Source of the DNA: Bdellovibrionales bacterium | GTDB lineage: Bacteria; Bdellovibrionota; Bdellovibrionia; Bdellovibrionales; UBA1609 | Direction: 5' to 3' | Assembly (NCBI GenBank): GCA_965199825.1 | Contig: OZ241329.1 | Location: 1,632,001 to 1,696,000 of the forward strand | DNA: 64,000 bases | Shown: positions 59,958-64,000 of the stretch, in pieces | Layout: each line of letters starts with the position of its first letter | How positions within the stretch are numbered: position 1 is the first letter of the stretch | Translations under genes and position numbers: made by a program | Notes under the pieces: generated by a model | What the model was told of the DNA's origin: nothing | Databases searched by the model: none | What the model saw: only the letters and a program-made list of their open reading frames with translations

Positions 59958-61157
59958 ATGGCTCGAAAAGTTTTACTGGTTTATAGCGGCGGACTCGACA
60001 CATCGATTTGTATTCCGATGATGCGTGAAGAATATGGTTATGACGATGTGGTTACGGTGACGGTGGACGTAGGGCAAGATCCTGCAGACATTGTTCAGGC
60101 AAGCGAAAAAGCGGCAATCCTCAAGACCGAACATTATACAGTGGATGCTAAAGAAGAATTTATCAAAAAATTTTGCTGGCCCTCTGTTATGCACAATGGA
60201 GACTATCAGGGGTATCCGATGTCGACTTCGATTGCGCGGCCCTTGATTGCGGCAAAAGCTGTGGAGATGGCAAAAAAATTGGGCATCACTTCTTTTGCTC
60301 ATGGCTGCACCGGCAAGGGCAACGATCAATACCGAATTGAATTTGGCATTCGAAGTCTTTTGCCCGAGGCCACAATCCATGCCCCAATTCGCGAAAAAAA
60401 TCTGACCCGAACTTGGGAAATTGAATATGCCCAAAAAAAATCAATTCCGATTCAACAATCGCTCAATAAAATTTGGTCCATAGATGAAAATCTTTGGGGC
60501 CGCTCCATTGAGGGAGGAAGATTAGAAGAGCCAAACTTTAAACCACCAGAAGAAATTTTTGTATGGACAAAAAGCCGCGAGACCGCCAATAAAAAACCTC
60601 TCGACATCACGCTGCAATTTGAAAATGGAATTCCTGTCGCGATCGATAAAAAACACTATTCGCCAGCAGCACTCGTACAAAAAATGAATGAGCTAGCGGG
60701 TGATCATGGAATTGGTCGGATTGATATTATGGAAGATCGAATGATGGGTCTCAAAGTTCGTGAAAATTATGAGTGTCCAGGATCAACCGTGATTCTCAAA
60801 GCTCACAAAGCCTTGGAGAATCTTGTGCTCACTCGCGATGAAATTCGTTTCAAAGCGCAAGTGGACCAAGAGTGGAGTCGCCTCGCGTACGAGGGACTCT
60901 GGTGGGATCCTTTAAAAGAATCTCTTGAGGCATTTGGTCAACACTCACAAACTCGTGTCACTGGCGAAGTCGCAATCAACCTTTTTCAAGGACAAGCGAT
61001 CATCACCGGCCGTGAATCAAAGTGGGCACTTTATTCTGAAGATTTAGCATCTTTTGATACCCAAACCTTTGATCAACGTGAGAGCACAGGAAGTGTCAAA
61101 AATTTTGGACTCCAATCTCGGATGTACATGCATCTTAAAAATCAAATAGGAAAATAA
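59958..61157 (+). CDS. argG: Argininosuccinate synthase
   Basis: YSGGLDTS, HGCTGKGNDQ, SIDENLWGRSIEGG, R.NYECP. Confidence 0.97.
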   Translation: MARKVLLVYSGGLDTSICIPMMREEYGYDDVVTVTVDVGQDPADIVQASEKAAILKTEHYTVDAKEEFIKKFCWPSVMHNGDYQGYPMSTSIARPLIAAKAVEMAKKLGITSFAHGCTGKGNDQYRIEFGIRSLLPEATIHAPIREKNLTRTWEIEYAQKKSIPIQQSLNKIWSIDENLWGRSIEGGRLEEPNFKPPEEIFVWTKSRETANKKPLDITLQFENGIPVAIDKKHYSPAALVQKMNELAGDHGIGRIDIMEDRMMGLKVRENYECPGSTVILKAHKALENLVLTRDEIRFKAQVDQEWSRLAYEGLWWDPLKESLEAFGQHSQTRVTGEVAINLFQGQAIITGRESKWALYSEDLASFDTQTFDQRESTGSVKNFGLQSRMYMHLKNQIGK

Positions 61158-61159
61158 TC

Positions 61160-62539
61160 GTGGCTTTGTGGGGTGCTCGTTTTAGTGGTGAAACAAATAA
61201 GATGGTCGAAGCTTTTTCATCTTCGATCGATATCGATCAACGTCTGTGGAAAGTCGATATTCGATCTTCAATTGCCCACGCCCAAATGCTTGGGCACCAA
61301 CATATCCTTGAGCAAAATGATGTCACCGATATAGTTAATGGTCTTAAACAGATTGAATCCGATTTGTCAGATAAACGCTGGAGCTTTCCTATAGACGCCG
61401 AAGATATTCACGGTGCTCTTGAAGACCGTTTGTTTGAATTGATTGGCGAGCCCGCAAAACGGCTTCACACCGCACGCAGCCGCAACGATCAAATCGCCAC
61501 GGATACCCGTTTGTTCTTGAGCGAAAGTGTTGAGCAGTTGTTAGAAGATCTCAACGATCTAAAAAAAATGTTTTTGAAGCATGCCGAAGAAAATATAAAT
61601 ACCCTGCTTCCTGGTTTGACCCATTTTCAAAATGCCCAACCCGTGAGTCTTGCACATCACCTTTTGAGTTATTTTTGGATGCTCGAGCGTGATTGCCAAA
61701 GGCTACGTCAAAGTCTACCGCGTATTTTGCAATTGCCCCTCGGCTCGGCCGCACTGGCGGGTACAGGATTTCAATTGGATCGCCAAATGGTCGCAAAAAA
61801 ATTAGGTTTTCACGGCGTCATTGCGAACAGTATGGATGCGGTTTCTGATCGCGATTTTGTGATTGAATTTTTAAGTGATTCTTCAATTTGCATGATGCAT
61901 CTGTCGCGATTTTGCGAAGAGATTATTTTGTGGAATTCTCAAGCTTTTCAATTCGTCGAGCTCGGTGACGCGGTGACAACCGGATCCTCAATCATGCCCC
62001 AAAAGAAAAATCCGGATGTGGCCGAACTCATTCGCGGCCGTGTGGGCCGAAGTTACGGCGCGCTGATCGGAGCTCTTACGATGATGAAGGCTCTGCCACT
62101 CACTTACAATCGCGACATGCAAGATGATAAGGTTCATCTCTTTCAAGGTCTCGACAATGTGATGTCCTGCGTGCGCCTCACAACCATTATGCTCCAAAAT
62201 TTAAAATGGCGATCCGACAGGATGGCTCAAGCGTTAAGCGGTGATTTTTCGAATGCCACCGATCTTGCCGATGATTTGGTAAAAAAAGGAATTAGCTTTC
62301 GTGAGGCCCACGAGATTGTGGGTCGAATTGTAAAATCGTGTTTGGCAAATGGACAATACTTGGAAAATTTAAGTCAATCAGAACTAAAACTGCACCACCC
62401 CCTGTTTGATCAAAGGAGTGTAGAGGTCTTAAAACACGTGGCTGTGATGAGTGCGCGCGTTTCCGAAGGCGGTACAGCTCCTGCGGCAGTCAAAGAACAA
62501 CTTGAAAAAGCTCGTCGAATCACTGATTTCAAAAACTAA
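61160..62539 (+). CDS. argH: Argininosuccinate lyase
   Basis: LWGARF, HTARSRNDQ, GSSIMPQKKNPD, YNRDMQ. Confidence 0.97.
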   Translation: MALWGARFSGETNKMVEAFSSSIDIDQRLWKVDIRSSIAHAQMLGHQHILEQNDVTDIVNGLKQIESDLSDKRWSFPIDAEDIHGALEDRLFELIGEPAKRLHTARSRNDQIATDTRLFLSESVEQLLEDLNDLKKMFLKHAEENINTLLPGLTHFQNAQPVSLAHHLLSYFWMLERDCQRLRQSLPRILQLPLGSAALAGTGFQLDRQMVAKKLGFHGVIANSMDAVSDRDFVIEFLSDSSICMMHLSRFCEEIILWNSQAFQFVELGDAVTTGSSIMPQKKNPDVAELIRGRVGRSYGALIGALTMMKALPLTYNRDMQDDKVHLFQGLDNVMSCVRLTTIMLQNLKWRSDRMAQALSGDFSNATDLADDLVKKGISFREAHEIVGRIVKSCLANGQYLENLSQSELKLHHPLFDQRSVEVLKHVAVMSARVSEGGTAPAAVKEQLEKARRITDFKN

Positions 62540-62704
62540 TGACCGCAATAAAAACATCTATTGTTGCAAGGTCATTTGGTTTTCTGTTACTAAACCCAAC
62601 ATGTGTACATATCATTACACCCATTTTTTAATGCTGAACTTGCCTCATTTGCATTGGCAGTCGCGAATTTAAATCCGTTTAAAAAATTTTATTAAGGGCA
62701 AGCA

Positions 62705-63838
62705 ATGAGCAAAAACATTTTCTTTTTAATTATTTTTTCTATGAGTGCGGCTGTAGCGCAAGAAACAATGCGCGCCCCACTTGAGAGTTACACGACCAAA
62801 CAAAATCCCTATAAAACATCCTGGGGACTTGGCCTTTACTCTCGTGGAGTGAGCGACTCGGTCGAAAAAAGTGTGGCCACCGGACTTGGCGCCACAGGCA
62901 CTTTAGAATTTAGTCCCGAGCGTTGGTTGAAAACCACAATCACTCCCGGCTTTGTGGTCGAAAGCGGAAGTCTTGCGTCTCTGTACGATGCGAACGTTCC
63001 ACGAAATCAAATCTTTCTTGATCAAGCGGTGGTGCAAGCAACTCCAATTTCACAGGTGAGGCTTGCGGCTGGGGCAATCAATCAGCGCTTTCTCGAAAGT
63101 CCATTGTTGATTGATGCTCAGTCTTTTCCTGCAGCGTTTGAATCTTTGAGCGATCACACTGACAACACAAAATGGTCGCTCACGGCTCAGCAGGCCATTC
63201 CGACTTCGATCAGTTTATCGACGATGACCAGTGATAAAGAACCTCTACCTACATTTTTCACATTTTCGGCACGAGGCGAGTGGGCGCCAAATCCAGAATT
63301 AAATTTTGTGGCAAGGGCTTCCCGATTTGCATTTAGCAATCTGCCCACCCAGGTGGCCTACAAGAGTTCTTTGAATGGAAACAAATGTGTCACTGGAGAT
63401 GTCCCACAGAATATGCGGTTTAATTGTGGCTTTGCGGGCTACACAGCGGGTCTACAGGCCAATTCAAGTGTATACAAAGATTATTTAGTGAGTGTTGGTG
63501 GAGACTACATTCTCAATCCCGAAGCTCCAAGTGGTCAAAACCAAGGATATCTTACTTTTGGCCAAGTGAGATTTGCTTTAAATCCGGCATGGCAAATGAC
63601 CACACGAGGCGAATTCTTTTTTAATGAATCCGATGCCTCTCCCTCGTTTTACAATGCGGTGGCCTTTGGCCATAGCAATCGTCAAGGTTATGCGGCCGAT
63701 TTCAAATTTGAAAATCGGGTGCAGCACTTTGGTATTCGTGCACGTTATGTGGACGCACGCTTAGTCGAAGAAAATGATAATCAAACGGACACATCTATTT
63801 TTTATTTAGGTTTGGAGCTCTCTGGTGTCGAAATTTAA
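62705..63838 (+). CDS. Outer-membrane porin-like beta-barrel protein
   Basis: Signal peptide; repeated amphipathic beta-strands. Confidence 0.7.
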   Translation: MSKNIFFLIIFSMSAAVAQETMRAPLESYTTKQNPYKTSWGLGLYSRGVSDSVEKSVATGLGATGTLEFSPERWLKTTITPGFVVESGSLASLYDANVPRNQIFLDQAVVQATPISQVRLAAGAINQRFLESPLLIDAQSFPAAFESLSDHTDNTKWSLTAQQAIPTSISLSTMTSDKEPLPTFFTFSARGEWAPNPELNFVARASRFAFSNLPTQVAYKSSLNGNKCVTGDVPQNMRFNCGFAGYTAGLQANSSVYKDYLVSVGGDYILNPEAPSGQNQGYLTFGQVRFALNPAWQMTTRGEFFFNESDASPSFYNAVAFGHSNRQGYAADFKFENRVQHFGIRARYVDARLVEENDNQTDTSIFYLGLELSGVEI

Positions 63839-64000
63839 AGTTTTAGTTTTAATTTTACCGCTTGTTATTTCTTGCACAAAAGCGACCCGCTCAGGATCGA
63901 GTGGCATGGCCAGTTATTACGTGGCCCGAATTCCTCCCGCAGATATTCCGTCGCAAACCACCTCGGTGGTCAAAGGCTGGAGCGGATTTCCAAATCAAAA
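63825..64000 (+). CDS. Lipoprotein, 3'-truncated by window edge
   Basis: GGAG RBS, GTG start, MSKFKVLVLILPLVISC lipobox, open to end. Confidence 0.55.
   Translation, partial: MSKFKVLVLILPLVISCTKATRSGSSGMASYYVARIPPADIPSQTTSVVKGWSGFPNQ

Overview
Bacterial chromosomal segment, most likely from a Bdellovibrionota-type (predatory) organism. This is inferred from an FHA-GGDEF DgcB-like gene directly after pgi, a Hypr-type GGDEF gene and many orphan signal-peptide proteins. It holds two inward-facing tRNA-Leu genes (TAG, 5'-truncated at the window edge; CAG at 15104-15190) bracketing about 14.6 kb of mostly accessory secreted-protein genes. Next come housekeeping blocks (gcvP, epmA, ihfB, mutT, pyrD, gdhA, rfaE1, rlmN, pgi, phoH, eno), a cyclic-dinucleotide locus and a divergent ArgR-regulated argCJBFR/argGH cluster. 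Main unexplained signals: (1) about nine dispersed, otherwise mostly unrelated signal-peptide proteins, several with cytoplasm-type domains (RNAP alpha-CTD-like repeats, GNATs, dynamin-like GTPase, kinase-like), sharing a terminal C-x3-L motif, a candidate effector-export tag; (2) a 216-bp structured tandem repeat behind tRNA-Leu(CAG) whose units end in a copy of the tRNA 3' end; (3) an array of four small 4-Cys secreted paralogs beside it. All family assignments are by-eye motif recognition; no database searches were run.
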